The position numbers and the translations under genes are program-made. DNA of 64,000 nucleotides from Sporopachydermia quercuum. Its lineage: Eukaryota. Location of the stretch: positions 1,488,001-1,552,000 of the forward strand of contig BCGN01000003.1 in NCBI GenBank assembly GCA_001599295.1, given 5' to 3'. The notes beneath the pieces are model-generated. The model saw only the letters and a list, made by a program, of their open reading frames with translations. It made no database searches and was not told the DNA's origin. This document shows, one piece after another, positions 22,571 to 36,200 of the stretch (position 1 is its first letter; every line of letters begins with the position of its first letter).

Positions 22571-23818
22571 ATGGCTGGTATACATATCAGATTGCCTATA
22601 ATATTCATACTGGTTTTACTAATCATATTTCTGACATCAGGACATCTTTTTCAGATCGACACTGGTGGCCGTTTGAACGATAGAGAACCATGTGTGAGAG
22701 GTGATACGAGAGCAAAATGTATCAAGAGTGAAAACTCTAGTAGAAACAGGCCAGCTACGGAAAACAGCACGCTTGGATTTGAAAGAATATTTGCAGTGGA
22801 AGTGGGTTATAAATACGATAGATGGATAGCATTAGAAGTGCAAGCAAATGTGTTGGGATTGGATATCGAATTCATGGATGGTGTGTTGATTTCTGACCTT
22901 GAAGAATATAACCTGAGAGGATTACCACCAAGTTCATCGGGAGAGTTACTGGCAGGTGAAAGAGCAAGCATTCAAGCTCATGCGAATATTTGGCAAAAGA
23001 TCGTTCACGAGAATATTCAAACTGCAGTAGTTGTTGAAGGTGATGCATTATTTGATTATTATATCAAGCAATCTTTAACTAAAGCTGCTGATGCTTTAGA
23101 AATACTCTCAAATAACAATCCCCTGAAATTTCCTGAAGCTAAAAGAACTGCTGATGATCCCTATAATTATCGACGATGGGATATCTTATACGTGGGCCAT
23201 TGTAATGAAGGTATATATAAGTACGAGGAAAAAATTGTATATGATGATGATACAGTTGCTGAGTTTCAACCAGGGTTTTCATCTGATGTGTTTAAAGGCC
23301 AACGTATGGTAAGAAGAAGTGGTGATCCAGTGTGTACGTGCGGTTATGTTTTAAGTAACTCTGGTGCTAGAAAACTATTATTACGATCAATGATAGATCA
23401 TGATTTACCTGTTGATGTAATGATGCTTGAATTGGTTCATGCTAACACTGCTGCGGCTTACACTATATATCCTACATTAATTGACTCCTGGATTTATAAA
23501 CCAGGATTAGGAATGGAGAAGATGAATTCCGTTATTCACGAAGATGGCNACGATAATAGTGAAAATGCGTCAAAAGCGACACCCTTGAGCGAAGAAGAGA
23601 AGAAGGCTTTATGGAAAACGGTGCATGAAAACATGAATGCATGGGAACAAAGACATTCTGCGCCAAAATTCAAGAAAAGTGCACTAGAAATGGCACAGGA
23701 AACCTTTTTCACTGGTGACGAAGCCATTGTCGAAAGGAGTGCTCCTATAGATGTAGTTATGGTGGTTGAAGGAGACAATATCAAGGTTGAAGAAAGCAAG
23801 AAGAACAACAATAGATAA
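22571..23818 (+). CDS. Type II membrane glycosyltransferase, family 25-like
   Basis: N-terminal TM anchor; NSTLGFERIF, AHANIWQKIV, VVEGDA, WDILYVGHC, PVCTCGYVLSNSGARKLL and PVD motifs typical of fungal GT25 proteins. Confidence 0.8.
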   Translation: MAGIHIRLPIIFILVLLIIFLTSGHLFQIDTGGRLNDREPCVRGDTRAKCIKSENSSRNRPATENSTLGFERIFAVEVGYKYDRWIALEVQANVLGLDIEFMDGVLISDLEEYNLRGLPPSSSGELLAGERASIQAHANIWQKIVHENIQTAVVVEGDALFDYYIKQSLTKAADALEILSNNNPLKFPEAKRTADDPYNYRRWDILYVGHCNEGIYKYEEKIVYDDDTVAEFQPGFSSDVFKGQRMVRRSGDPVCTCGYVLSNSGARKLLLRSMIDHDLPVDVMMLELVHANTAAAYTIYPTLIDSWIYKPGLGMEKMNSVIHEDGXDNSENASKATPLSEEEKKALWKTVHENMNAWEQRHSAPKFKKSALEMAQETFFTGDEAIVERSAPIDVVMVVEGDNIKVEESKKNNNR

Positions 23819-25267
23819 CTGAAGCCTCAAATGGTGATGGTGAGCATAAAACAAAAAATTATAACAATTTCTATGAAGAAAAGGATCGATCTTTTGACCT
23901 CATTGTGACTGAGTAGCTGAGGAACTATGGATATCTGAAAAATAGTGGTCCACCTGCCCATCCTAAGATAACGACATCTACAGTGAACTGAGAGCATCAA
24001 TGCTCGGTTTAATGTTTGGCTGAATGCATGGTTTCCCAAAGGATCTATCATCTTATTTGATATGCAAAGAAATACTGAAATATGAATAGTAAGTACGTAG
24101 AGAATTGAATGATAATATAGAAACATGAAAGAACTGTAAGCTGATAGAAGAATGCTTCTGACTGTATAGAGTAATTTAAAGTTTCGGTGAGTATGCATGT
24201 AATGCTTACGGTTCGAACTTAGACCTTAGAACACCTACGAGCGACATTAAATATTCTCATTGCTATCTATACTTTCAAGGAAGTCGATAACCAGAGAAAT
24301 GTAGTTCTTAAGCGGTTATTAGTACAGCAAATACTAGTTTTCTAGCTCTTCCATAATTTTGCAAGCTCTCATTATGTTTAGTGATTCGTATCTTTACAAT
24401 AGAAAATAAAGTCTAAACCTTGCTGTATTGTTCAAGTCTTTCGTCAAATTTTCAGCGCCAAATTTCCTCTACATAACTCAGAGAATGGACTTAACAGCTA
24501 GCACTATTTACATGTTACAACATTGCTGAAACAAGATATGTTTTTCACTTGGCATCAGTTCCCCATATGGCAATACATTCGCTATTATTAGCAATATTTC
24601 TTTCAATTCCTATTCCTCTTCCTATTCCTTTTCCTTTTCTTTTTCCTTCCCTCATCCCACTTTTCTGATCACATAATCATTTTCCATTGCTATTCTCAAA
24701 CCTTATTTCCGTCACTGCTGCCTCCACGTTTTTTGCTCTCATAGAAGACAAGCTGTCTGCTTTTGTTTTGACTTTTTCCATAGGAAAACATATGGCTTAT
24801 TTCCTTTCCTTCAGTAAGTTTCAATCNATGTAAGAAGTCGTTCTGTTTGGAAACTTGTATTATCAATAACGAGTAAAACACGGTAGTTAGTGGTAAACAT
24901 TAGGTGTAGCGGATTGAATATACCATTGGATTGTGTTGTGTCGTGCATAGTCCTGTCCATTCGTACTCTACGGAGAACAAAATACTATCAACGGTGTTTG
25001 TTTCATACTATTAAGTACAGTATAATAATTCATAATAAAACAGAAATTGGATTCTAGAAGGACTGCGTTGTTGTTATTGCTGTTACATATTATATTTCCC
25101 CGATCGGAGAACGTCAAGCATCAAACATCAAAAACGGGGGTCAAAGAGCAGTACACATAGTGTCAAGTCCTTATACTTTCAGACTATAAAGTGTGCTTCT
25201 GTTATTTTTACTGTTAATCTTATTGTTTGCATTGACTGGTATCTTTCTGTGATTTTGATTTTCCACA

Positions 25268-28267
25268 ATGGACCCAATTCCTTTTGACGATGTTCAATTG
25301 GCACAGTCACCAAAAAAGTCTATGGCTTCCGTTGCTGAATTCCTTGATTCAAACAGATCAAATGCTTCAAGCTCTGCCGCAATGACTCTTCTTGATACAG
25401 ACAGCAACACAAGTGTAGAATCAGCGGCAGGTAACACTTCTAAACGTGCAGCCTCTTTTTCTAACAAACCGCAGTTGCCTCGCATTGGCAAAATTGGCAT
25501 GTGTGCTATGGATGCTAAAGTTCTAAGCAAACCATGTCGTCAAATTCTCAACCGATTGATCGAACAAGGTGAATTTGAAACAGTTATCTTTGGGGATAAA
25601 GTCATTTTGGATGAATCCATTGAAAACTGGCCGACTTGTGATTTCCTCATTTCTTTCTTCTCAACAGGATTCCCCCTTGATAAAGCTATTGCGTACGTTC
25701 ATCTTCGTAAGCCNTATTTGCTTAATGACTTGGTTCTACAGAAGGCACTATGGGATAGAAGATTAGTGCTTCAATTACTGAAAATAGCTGGAGTACCAAC
25801 ACCAGAAAGACTTGAGATCTCAAGAGATAGTGGACCGAAAGCTGATAAGTTTCTTGAAGAAGCATTGAAAGAACGAGGATTGGAATTGAAAAAAATCTCC
25901 GAGCCAGATTGGAAACTCATTGAAGATGGTGATGTACTTGTTGTTGATGGGAAATCCATGAGGAAACCTTTTGTTGAAAAGCCTGTTGATGGTGAAGACC
26001 ATAATATCTACATTTACTATTCTAAAGCTCAAGGCGGTGGTGGCAGAAGACTGTTCCGTAAAGTTGGAAACAAATCATCCGAGTTTGATAGTAGTCTTAG
26101 TACTATAAGAACCAACGGTTCCTATATTTATGAGAAGTTCATGGATACCGATAACTCGGAAGATGTCAAAGCTTATACCGTTGGCCAGACCTATTGTCAT
26201 GCTGAGACGAGAAAGTCTCCTGTTGTTGATGGAATCGTACGTAGAAACACTCATGGTAAGGAAATACGTTATGTCACTAACTTATCAGACGAAGAGAAGG
26301 AAATGGCGAGAAACGTNTCCAGAATTTTCGGTCAAACTATCTGCGGATTTGATTTATTGCGTGTGAATGGATGTAGTTATGTCATTGATGTCAATGGGCT
26401 TTCTTTTGTTAAAGATAACACTGATTACTATAATAACACTGCTAGAATATTGAGAGATATCTTCTATAATGCCAAGGAGGAAACAGAAGCAAAGAAAAAG
26501 TCATTAGGCGTTTTAAGTAAAGATATAAAAGAGGAAAAGTCTCAAAAATGGGTTTTCAAAGGAATGGTTGCTGTTTTACGTCATGCTGATAGAACACCTA
26601 AACAAAAATTCAAGTTTTCTTTCAAGAATCCTTTATTCATTTCTCTGTTGAAAGGCCATAAAGAAGAAGTTATCATTAGAGATATAGACAACTTGAAACT
26701 AGTTCTTTCTACTGTGAAGAAAGCCCAAGAAATCAATGCCGAAGATCCTGCTAAGTTGAAACAATTAGCGATAGCTTTAGAAAAGAAAATGAACTTCAAG
26801 GGCACCAAAGTTCAACTAAAACCTGTTTTAAACAAAGAAACAAGCGAAGTAGAGAAGGTACAACTGATCATCAAATGGGGTGGTGAACCAACCCATTCAG
26901 CAAAATATCAAGCCACAGATTTAGGTGAGCAAATGAGACAAGACATCATGCTACTTAACAAAGATGCTTTCAATAACGTGAAAGTGTACACATCATCAGA
27001 AAGAAGGGTCGTTGCATCAGCCAAACTTTGGGCCTCAGCATTCTTCCAAGAAGAAATTGATGACGACTTCCTTAAAGTCAGGAAAGATCTTCTTGATGAT
27101 TCTAACGCTGCTAAAGATTTGATGGATAAGGTAAAGAAGAAGATTAAGCCGTTATTGAGACAAGGAAAAGAACCACCACCTCAATTTGCTTGGCCTGATA
27201 GAATGCCAGAACCTTTTGTCGTTATCAAAAGAGTTGTGGAACTAATGAACTACCATTCTAAGCTCATGAACTATAATTTTGCTACTCTTGATGTTAATAA
27301 CTTACAATCACGATGGTGTTGCGGTGAAGATCCACAGTTGTTTAAAGAACGGTGGGATAAATTGTTTGTTGAGTTTTGTTCTTACGAGAAAGTGGACCCT
27401 TCGAAGATATCTGAATTGTATGATACAATGAAATATGATGCTTTGCATAATAGACCTTTCTTAGAAAAGATCTTTACGCCACCAGAACACTATGCTACTG
27501 ATAACTCTGATCTTGAAGCTGATGCCAGATCACCTGCTTTAGTATGTGAATATCCCGTTAATGCTTTGGCAGAAAATAACTTCAGATTACCTGATAGTCA
27601 CAGTAATACTAGTAACAGTACATCTTCTGGAACCACAACGAGTTCAGTATCTTCCACCAGCCTGAAGGAATCTACGTCACCATTTGATGCAATCTATTTC
27701 AGAAGGCTCAGAGAATTGTACAGGTTAACCAAGGTATTATTTGATTTTATCTGTCCTCAGGAATATGGAATAGAAGATAACGAAAAGCTGGATATTGGTT
27801 TACTAACCTCATTACCTTTGGCCAAACAAATCCTGCAAGATATCAGTACAATGACTCAAACTGATATTTCTGGTTGTAATTTGTATTTCACGAAGGAATC
27901 ACATATATATACATTACTGAATGTGATTTATGAGTCTCAAATTCCTATGAGAGTTCCGAGAAATGCATTACCTGAGCTAGATTACTTATCGCAGATTGTT
28001 TTTGAGATCTATGAATCTTCTGATGATGTGAAGAAGCACCATTCCATCAGATTGTCGTTATCTCCCGGTTGTCACACTCAAGCACCATTGGATGTGCAAT
28101 TGGATGCCAAACATTATATTTCATGTATTCCTAAGTTTAATTTAACTAGACATTTGGATATTGATTTGCTTAATGAAAGGTTCAAGAACAGGTTTTCGAG
28201 AGTTTCTTTACCTCAAAAGTTTATCCCTGTTAATATCTCCAGTCCTTTATCTCCTTCGCCCAAATAG
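25268..28267 (+). CDS. VIP1: Inositol hexakisphosphate / PP-IP5 kinase with histidine-acid-phosphatase domain
   Basis: ATP-grasp motifs [24 protein letters not shown] and VIDVNG; phosphatase motif [20 protein letters not shown]. Confidence 0.98.
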   Translation: MDPIPFDDVQLAQSPKKSMASVAEFLDSNRSNASSSAAMTLLDTDSNTSVESAAGNTSKRAASFSNKPQLPRIGKIGMCAMDAKVLSKPCRQILNRLIEQGEFETVIFGDKVILDESIENWPTCDFLISFFSTGFPLDKAIAYVHLRKXYLLNDLVLQKALWDRRLVLQLLKIAGVPTPERLEISRDSGPKADKFLEEALKERGLELKKISEPDWKLIEDGDVLVVDGKSMRKPFVEKPVDGEDHNIYIYYSKAQGGGGRRLFRKVGNKSSEFDSSLSTIRTNGSYIYEKFMDTDNSEDVKAYTVGQTYCHAETRKSPVVDGIVRRNTHGKEIRYVTNLSDEEKEMARNXSRIFGQTICGFDLLRVNGCSYVIDVNGLSFVKDNTDYYNNTARILRDIFYNAKEETEAKKKSLGVLSKDIKEEKSQKWVFKGMVAVLRHADRTPKQKFKFSFKNPLFISLLKGHKEEVIIRDIDNLKLVLSTVKKAQEINAEDPAKLKQLAIALEKKMNFKGTKVQLKPVLNKETSEVEKVQLIIKWGGEPTHSAKYQATDLGEQMRQDIMLLNKDAFNNVKVYTSSERRVVASAKLWASAFFQEEIDDDFLKVRKDLLDDSNAAKDLMDKVKKKIKPLLRQGKEPPPQFAWPDRMPEPFVVIKRVVELMNYHSKLMNYNFATLDVNNLQSRWCCGEDPQLFKERWDKLFVEFCSYEKVDPSKISELYDTMKYDALHNRPFLEKIFTPPEHYATDNSDLEADARSPALVCEYPVNALAENNFRLPDSHSNTSNSTSSGTTTSSVSSTSLKESTSPFDAIYFRRLRELYRLTKVLFDFICPQEYGIEDNEKLDIGLLTSLPLAKQILQDISTMTQTDISGCNLYFTKESHIYTLLNVIYESQIPMRVPRNALPELDYLSQIVFEIYESSDDVKKHHSIRLSLSPGCHTQAPLDVQLDAKHYISCIPKFNLTRHLDIDLLNERFKNRFSRVSLPQKFIPVNISSPLSPSPK

Positions 28268-28822
28268 AAGTAATATTTCCTGAATTATAGAGAATGAATA
28301 AATTAATAGGATATACTTTCTGTCTTTGAATCCTATGTTCTGAAAATTGCATTCGAATAGTATAAGTGTATATAAGTCATGAGTAGTAGTGGATAGTATG
28401 TTTATGTATGATGTAAAATATGAGAAGTAATATACTAATTCTGTATGTACGGTGCCAGCTGATTGAGGGTATTAGTACGCATTAACATNTTGTGAATTCA
28501 ACTATCTAGGTAATCATCATCATCATCCATAATATAATATATTAGGATAAGATCGTTCTAAGAGAATTGCTACCTAGGGCTTGAAGCCTTGTTGATTTGG
28601 AGACATTAGATATACGGTGGATTGATATCCTACAGGTAAGTAATATNCAAATAAAAAAAAAAATTTATGCCCAGGTTTTTATGAAAAATATTATAACAAT
28701 ACTAACTATATGAACAATATATATGAACAGTGAATAAAAATATAAATATATCAAAAGTGAGTAGAGAAAGAAGTTATTGAACCACGAATAGAATGGTCAG
28801 ATAACAAACCAGTTCAGCTAAG

Positions 28823-30226
28823 TTATAGAGCAGCAGAGTTTCCAAATAGTACGGAAATACTCTCACCAAAATGATCTCTCCTGATACATTCAGCTAGAAT
28901 GGATGAAATGTCAATAACAACTAATTTGTCGGATTTATCTCGTTTCTCCTCTGGAATTGGGAAGGTATTGGTGACAACGATTTTATCAATGCAATCAGAA
29001 GCAGTTAATTCTTCTAAACAAGTTTCAGTAAAAATACCATGCGTAGCGACAATAAAAACNCTCTTGGCTCCACAATTTCTGCGGCAATGCTCCGCAGCAG
29101 CAATAAAACTACCTGGTCTATCAATCATATCATCAAGGATGATTGCTGGTTTGCCTTTAACATCACCAACAAGAGTGATCAACTTCTCAGGATAAACTTC
29201 AATATCATCATCGTCAGACTCTGCAGCATCTACAGTGCCACCTAACGCGTAAGAAGAGTCCAAATTACTGTTTAGTGAATATACAGAATCTTGGATTTGA
29301 TTACTACCAATACCGCTGCCAACACCTGTGCTTATAGAAGTACTTGACTGAGTGTCTTCACCGACATCACCAGCATAATCGTCATCAACCACATGACCTT
29401 GGACTAATCTTGCAGTATGCATGTTTTTAGATGTGAACAGTTGTTGTTCTTCTTCTTCGTCATCAAGACTAGCCCTACGTAAAATAGGACGAACACCCTG
29501 TGAGCTAGATTTGGTTCTTGACTTGGCTTTCTTCAGTAATAAAGCATCCTGAGTTCTCCTTCTATCAGTGTGGATCATAGCAAAGTTAACTTTTAAAGAG
29601 TCAGCTAAAGCAGTGACACGCTTCGTTCCACCGGGATTTTTTGATACAATAACTGAATTTTGAAAGTCTTCAACATTTTGTCTAATCCACTTGGCAAGTG
29701 TAGGTCCTGCATATAAATTATCGACAGGCTTTGAGAAGAAACCTTGCATCTGAGATGCATGTAAATCCATGGAGATGATATGATCAGCACCCGCCATGAT
29801 TAATAGATTTGCCAACATCCTAGCAGTGATTGCTCCTCTGTGCTTTTTCATTTTGCTTTGTTTGGCATATGGAAATTGAGGTATCACTGCGGTGATCTTA
29901 TTAGCAGATCCACCTCTTGCTGCAGAGATTAAGATCAACATTTCCATTATATGGTCATTCACAGTGGTAGAACCAGATTGAACAATATAAACGTCTTCAT
30001 CTCTCACGGAGACGCCGATTTGAACTGATGTTTCGCCATTGCTGAATTTCTTCAGTGTACATTCGGCAGGAGATACACCNAGTCTATCACAGATTAGTTG
30101 GCCTAATTCTGGGTGAGAATTGCCAACAAAGACCTTACATTTCCTCATTTCTTTGCCTTGTATTTGATTTCTTTTCAACTGTGACTTTCCTGATGTCTCT
30201 GCACCGTGTTTTGATACTTCAGTCAT
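28823..30226 (-). CDS. PRS1: Ribose-phosphate pyrophosphokinase, Prs1 type with non-homologous insertion
   Basis: MRKCKVFVGNSHPELG (conserved start at 30148), DLHASQMQGFF, SKNPGGTKRV, AMIHTDRRR followed by a long insertion, then ILDDMID. An upstream in-frame ATG at 30226 adds 26 aa. Confidence 0.95.
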   Translation of the reverse strand: MTEVSKHGAETSGKSQLKRNQIQGKEMRKCKVFVGNSHPELGQLICDRXGVSPAECTLKKFSNGETSVQIGVSVRDEDVYIVQSGSTTVNDHIMEMLILISAARGGSANKITAVIPQFPYAKQSKMKKHRGAITARMLANLLIMAGADHIISMDLHASQMQGFFSKPVDNLYAGPTLAKWIRQNVEDFQNSVIVSKNPGGTKRVTALADSLKVNFAMIHTDRRRTQDALLLKKAKSRTKSSSQGVRPILRRASLDDEEEEQQLFTSKNMHTARLVQGHVVDDDYAGDVGEDTQSSTSISTGVGSGIGSNQIQDSVYSLNSNLDSSYALGGTVDAAESDDDDIEVYPEKLITLVGDVKGKPAIILDDMIDRPGSFIAAAEHCRRNCGAKXVFIVATHGIFTETCLEELTASDCIDKIVVTNTFPIPEEKRDKSDKLVVIDISSILAECIRRDHFGESISVLFGNSAAL

Positions 30227-31264
30227 ATAATATTAATGAATAGCAGAACAAAAATGAGACTACGCTCTAGCGCCTGTAGGTTTGTTGGATTACGAATATC
30301 TATTTTAATGTTAGATAACTAGACACAAAAATTATTTCTTTCGACTGAATGAAATGTCTTCTTTCTATAGNATTTTCATAGAATGATAGGATGGGAAAAC
30401 AGAAAAACAGTCATAACATGTTTATCTGTCTGTATTTCTTGCGAATGAGAAGGATTAGCTAGAATGCAACAAAATAAATATTCCACTATTAAACATTCAA
30501 GCATAACCAACAAATACTATCTCATCACAAATTCCATTAACAGTGTGCATTAGGTATCGAATACGTACTTTGCGGTATAATCTATCAATTATAACAACAA
30601 TGAATATATGTTTCTGGTCACAGACGGGGCACTTCAATCTTTAACATGAGAATCAACTCCATGCAGACTTTGATATCTGTACATCAAATAAAGTGCTCTA
30701 CTGTTGAAATAGATTCAAATCTATAAAACAAGAAGGCATGAATACAACTAAGTGACGAAACAAATAGATAATTAGCGAGGGGAAATTGATTGGTTAGTGC
30801 CATCAAACAGATATTGCACTAAATCCAATTTGATAGTTTTACACAAAAGTACAAAAAAATTTGTTAGCTNCGACGCAAATCACAGCGATGATGTTAATCA
30901 TGTAAATAATTTTCCTTATTGGGAACAATAGTATTGGAAACAGGACGCACGGTTTTGCATCTCATAATAGCTGTATCACATGATCTTTTACATCCTACAA
31001 TGGAATATTATTCCACTTGGAAAATTATGCCTTTTGCATTTTGTATGGAGAAATGCACTATAAAGGATGAAATGTTCTTCGGTTAATGATGAGAAACGTC
31101 AACCCTGTAGACATTGTGGATTATCGATAGTTAGTAAGAAGAGTTATACGTACTATCGCTAGATGTAGTAATATTGCTTACCTATTTCCTCTTGGAAGCT
31201 GCTTGGTCTATAGAATTTTGTATAAGTGTATATTCCATCCTAGAAATCGGAATGAAGAGGAATA

Positions 31265-32071
31265 ATGGAAGAGGGAGAACGGTTGAACAAAACGCTGGAA
31301 GAATTGAGCAAATTGAAGGAACAATTAATAGAAACCAATTTTTTTGACAAATTAACAGAGGAATTGAAAACTCAACATATCAAGGAACCCAAGGAAGTAA
31401 AAGAGATAAAATGTTTAGCATTAGGATCCCCCTGTGAGTCCAAACCAGCATTATATCAACTGGCATTGCTTGAGTTAATAAAAGAATATCTAGGACTAAC
31501 TAACAAGAATATTATAATTTATGATCCGTTATTCTCTAAAGATGATAGAAAACTACTAGGATCCAGTTTAGGCTACTTAGTGGATAGTTCAGCTGTTGAA
31601 GTATCAAATAGTGAAGACAGCTGTTTATTCTATATGCCTCATGCTCCCATTGAGCTAACAGATATAGTTTTATCCAAAAAACAATGCAAAATCCTCATCG
31701 GCAATAACATAACTTTATATTCCGAGAGATTTTCTGATACTGAGCTCTCTGAGAAATATGTTTGCTTATCCAAAGCGATAAAACTATGTCCTGTTGTTTC
31801 TAATCCAACAGGTTTCACGTTTGTTCAAGTAGGGAAAAGTGGAAGAAGAAGGAAAAACAAAGCAAAACAGGAGAACAAAGCTGACTTTATTTCTAATGTT
31901 GGGAACGAACTCACACTTCAAACGGATAATGAGAAGAAAGAAAAACAAGATTTTTTTTTCGAAAGTTGTGATTTGACTGTGCTACCTGACCTGAGCAATG
32001 AGCCATTCTATTGGGGGAATGCTTTCAGTGATATGTCAATTCATATTCTGAAAACCAGCAATGGAAAATAG
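31265..32071 (+). CDS. BER1: SRR1-domain protein
   Basis: IKCLALGSP, ALYQLALL, YDPLFS, LFYMPHAP and WGNAFSDMSIH motifs. Confidence 0.85.
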   Translation: MEEGERLNKTLEELSKLKEQLIETNFFDKLTEELKTQHIKEPKEVKEIKCLALGSPCESKPALYQLALLELIKEYLGLTNKNIIIYDPLFSKDDRKLLGSSLGYLVDSSAVEVSNSEDSCLFYMPHAPIELTDIVLSKKQCKILIGNNITLYSERFSDTELSEKYVCLSKAIKLCPVVSNPTGFTFVQVGKSGRRRKNKAKQENKADFISNVGNELTLQTDNEKKEKQDFFFESCDLTVLPDLSNEPFYWGNAFSDMSIHILKTSNGK

Positions 32072-33257
32072 TTTGCGCGCATTTAACTCCTGTGCCGATG
32101 TTTCTATGCATCACATATCAAGTGAATTGAACATAATCAGGCTGCTGAAGAGTAATTAAATGGAGCTTCTGAAGACAACACGATGCATGCATTGATTGTG
32201 CCTTGGGAAGTAGTTTATAGTACCAAGCTTTTCAATAACTAGCAAGATTCGTTCGCGAATTCTAAGAATANTATCGTCGATTTAGATAAAGTACACTAAA
32301 TAAAAGAGCTAGTGAAGGATTGTCCATTGTTCTGAAAGACTAAATGATCTTACAACTTCTTTGTTCATGATTTCCATAATCACATAGTGGAAAGGGAAGA
32401 GTACACCGAATTTAACATTGTTGAGATAATAAGCATTNGTTGTTAATTCAATTCAAATGAGAGAAAAGAAGTTCTTATATGGGCTTTATCACAGAGTGTC
32501 CTTTTATTGAGTGCTGGAAATACGGTAGTTGTCGCATTGAAGAACCCGGGTCATTTGATGGTCAGATAAAAAAATAAAGTGAAATGTTGACAAGAACTCC
32601 TAGAAAGCAAATCATAGTTATATTTTTCAACTGTGATTGACTACTGTTAACAGAAAGTTGTGTCTAATTAAACTTGCAATTTATATTGCATTACAGCTAT
32701 AGATCATATAACGGTCATACTACTATATTCCATTTCACCTGATCATCCCATTTCATATCATATCATATCCTGTTATATAATATTAATACATTAATCCCTG
32801 AATAGTGTTTCTAGGTTATAAAATAATCNATCGACGAATTGATTCCTCATATTATCTACAACTTTTCCATATAATATGATTATCTAGCATTAATTATTAA
32901 CCAAACAAAACAATAGAAGTAAAATATAACTACATAAAATTATAGTTTTATAACGTCCTAATCACAATCTGTCATTCTAGAGGATTTCTTCGATTATAAC
33001 CAAGAACATAATGTTTCTGGCGGTGATAGTTTAAATATAAATACATATTTTAAATTATCTTCGGAAACCAATCCAATACTCTCCCAAACATCGAATCAGA
33101 TTCCATATCATATAATCATATTCGAGTCATCGACTCATCATTATCCNTATTCTCTAAGTACAAACTTCATCACATCTCCTTTCTTAACGCGCCTATCTAT
33201 TATTAACTTTCTTTTCTTCCGATTTATTTTGATCGCATCAAAGTTTCTCCTTTTCCT

Positions 33258-36200
33258 TTAACTTGATTCGTATTGTTCCCAGTTATCAATTATAGCTTTG
33301 ATTTTAGCACTACCAGTTAACTTATAAACATCTTCGAAATATTCTTTAGTAATCTCGAAAGGTTTAGCAGTCAAGTTAGGAATGTACTTTCCAATCAAGT
33401 TATTAGGCCTAATAGCACTCTTGGGAATCTTCTTGATTAAGAACCTTTCAAAAGGCTTAACACCATTTCTTAAATATGATGAATGGAAGGGAACACTAAT
33501 GCCCTTTAATGGAATGACAGCAAATCCTCTTTCCAAATCGATTGGTTGGGGCTTGGCTTCGGATTTCTTACTGACTTCAGTCACAATNTCGCTCAAATGA
33601 GCCTTAACTTCTTCAATGGACATCATTTCTTGTAATTTAACAATATCGATCTTCTGGAGCTTGAAAACGTTCAAAACATTGGTCATTGTATCTAAGGCTC
33701 TCAAGTCACCAGCAGCCACGTACTGNTGGTTTTCAACGTTATAATTAACGATTTCTAACAACCATTTGGTTTGTTCAGCAATGTGTTCAACAACAAATCT
33801 CAATGCAGCGTCATCGAATGTAGAAGAGATTCTTGAAGGATTGATAGCGCACATACCGTAATTCGATCTTCCTAATGAATCTCTTGGAACAGCAACTTGC
33901 ATTGTTAAACCTCTATAGAAGACAACATCAACTAAACTTTCAATGGGCATGATATCACCAAGTGATGCTAATGCAGAATATTCACCTAATGAATGACCAG
34001 CAAACATTGTATCACTTGGAACCAATCCTTTGCTCTTCAAGTCTTCAAATGATGCCTTTTCCATCAATGTTAAAGCTGGTTGTGTAAATTGTGTTGCTGA
34101 TAATAAGCCAGTATCAGAAAGGAAAGTATATGAAGTAGACGATTCAGTGATTTCTTTGAAGATCTTTTCAGCCTTCAGGTTGCCTTCATTATCAATAGAT
34201 TCAAACATCATACTGATATAGTTATCTCTGATACGATTACCCTTAACACCACCGAAATGAATAGTGAGTTCTTCTGGNTTGTTCTTGACAATATTAACAA
34301 TGGAGAATCCATAGTTGTTGAGAAANTGCCTATCAGCTCTATCCCAGACTTCACGGGCAACTTCACTTGATTCATAAAGATCCATACCCATNCCTTGTTC
34401 TTGAGAACCTTGACCAGTGAAAACATAGGTAGAAACTGGTTGATCGACTTCAGCTTCACCGAGTAAAACAGGTTCACCATTTTCACGATTGATTGATTCA
34501 ACCTTGATAATCTTACGGCCATTGATCATACCAACGTGTTCGAGTTTAGTTTCAATGTTTTCGTTTGGCAAAACCATACCAACGAAACTACAATTGAAAG
34601 CTCGAACTCTGGAAGCGATATTGTTTGCAGCCCATACTTCAACCAAAGACCTAACAGCAGCCGAAGAGTACATACCATGAGTGATAGTACCCTTGAGGTT
34701 AGCATAATTGGCGAAAACAGGGGCAACGTGAATAGGATTATAATCACCAGAAACAACGGCGTAAGGTTCATTAGATGCTGGTGATCTATTAACTAATTCA
34801 GTATTAGCGTTTAATGGGATATCGTTTTCAAAATAAACAGGTTGTTCAATAGTATTACCATTACGTTCAAGATAATCAAGAACAGGGTTACCATGAGACT
34901 CACTTGCTTCATAGTTAACAACACCAATTTCTTTAACTTCATTAGAAGGTAATTCTAATAAAATTGAACCCTTGGTGACAACAGAAGCAAAGACATCAGC
35001 ATTCTTATAGGTGACGTCAGTATTCAATCTGAAAGTGAGAGTTTGGTTGAGTAGATCGGTTTCAGAATCATCCAATTGGAACCATTCCTTGGACTTCAAA
35101 ACGGCAACATCCTTAGCAGTTGATAAATAAACTTGTCTAGGAGTTTCAGAGATAGATTGGAAGGTCTTGTTGTAATCCGTGTAAACACCTCTATATAAGA
35201 ATTGAGACTTCACTTCCATGATTGGTTCGCCCTCTCTGAAAATAGTACCAACAACTTCAACCATTTTACCTGATGATTGATTAACAACAGCTCTAATATT
35301 GGCAGTAGTAGTAACAACATCACCATCCTTTAACGGTTCAGCACCAGGAACCATGCTGAAACCGTTAGATAAATGAACCAATCTCAGCAAATCACCATCA
35401 ATATCTTGAGGAAAGATAGCCTTCATAATGGCTTTCCAGCCTGCAACAATAGCAAAATCCATAGGAGCATAAGTGACCTTACCTGGTCTAGAAACAAAGG
35501 CTTCACCATTGTTACCTACAGCGTGAGTGAACTCAATTATTTTTTTAGCGGTGATCTTATATTCACCACCATCAAACTTATCATGAATATTCAAGGCAGT
35601 AATATCAAAAGGTTCGGCAGCACCAAACCAAAGTTCCCAGTAGAACTTCTTGATTCTATCATTTCTTTCTTCCATGATTTCAGAAATAGGAGCAAAGCCA
35701 TTGTCAGGATTGTAAATGTATAACAAAGGCAAAGCCACAGGTTTATGATCAGCGGTTCTAGATTCAATCAATTCCATAACAATTTGCTCATCGCTTGTCT
35801 TCTTGACTTCAACAACTTTTACCTTGGAGCCATGGAGCCATTGATAAAGACTAATGACAGCCTTTTCAGCATCCTTAGGGTTGGAAACAACAACCTCAGC
35901 ACCATAGAAAGGTGCAAACACTCTATGAGCAGGATTACTCTCGTGTTTAGTTCCTTGAACAAAGATCTTTGAACGGAAAAAAGCATGAACCCAGTTGTAC
36001 TTTCCACCAGCTAGTAATTTGATCCAGTCATCCAAGTTGGGCAAAACTGTTCCTGCATCCTTTGGAATCTTGTAAACGTTAGAGTCAGCTTTCTTGGTGA
36101 TAACGACACCTTCGATTTGTTCTATCTCAACAGGTGTAACATCACTGAAATATTGAACATGGCCAATCTTTGAACTGTCACCATTGAATTGATCTTGAAT

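Noticed and set aside
24205..24225. GGTTCGAAC tRNA T-loop-like sequence
   Set aside because: No T-stem or cloverleaf can be formed.
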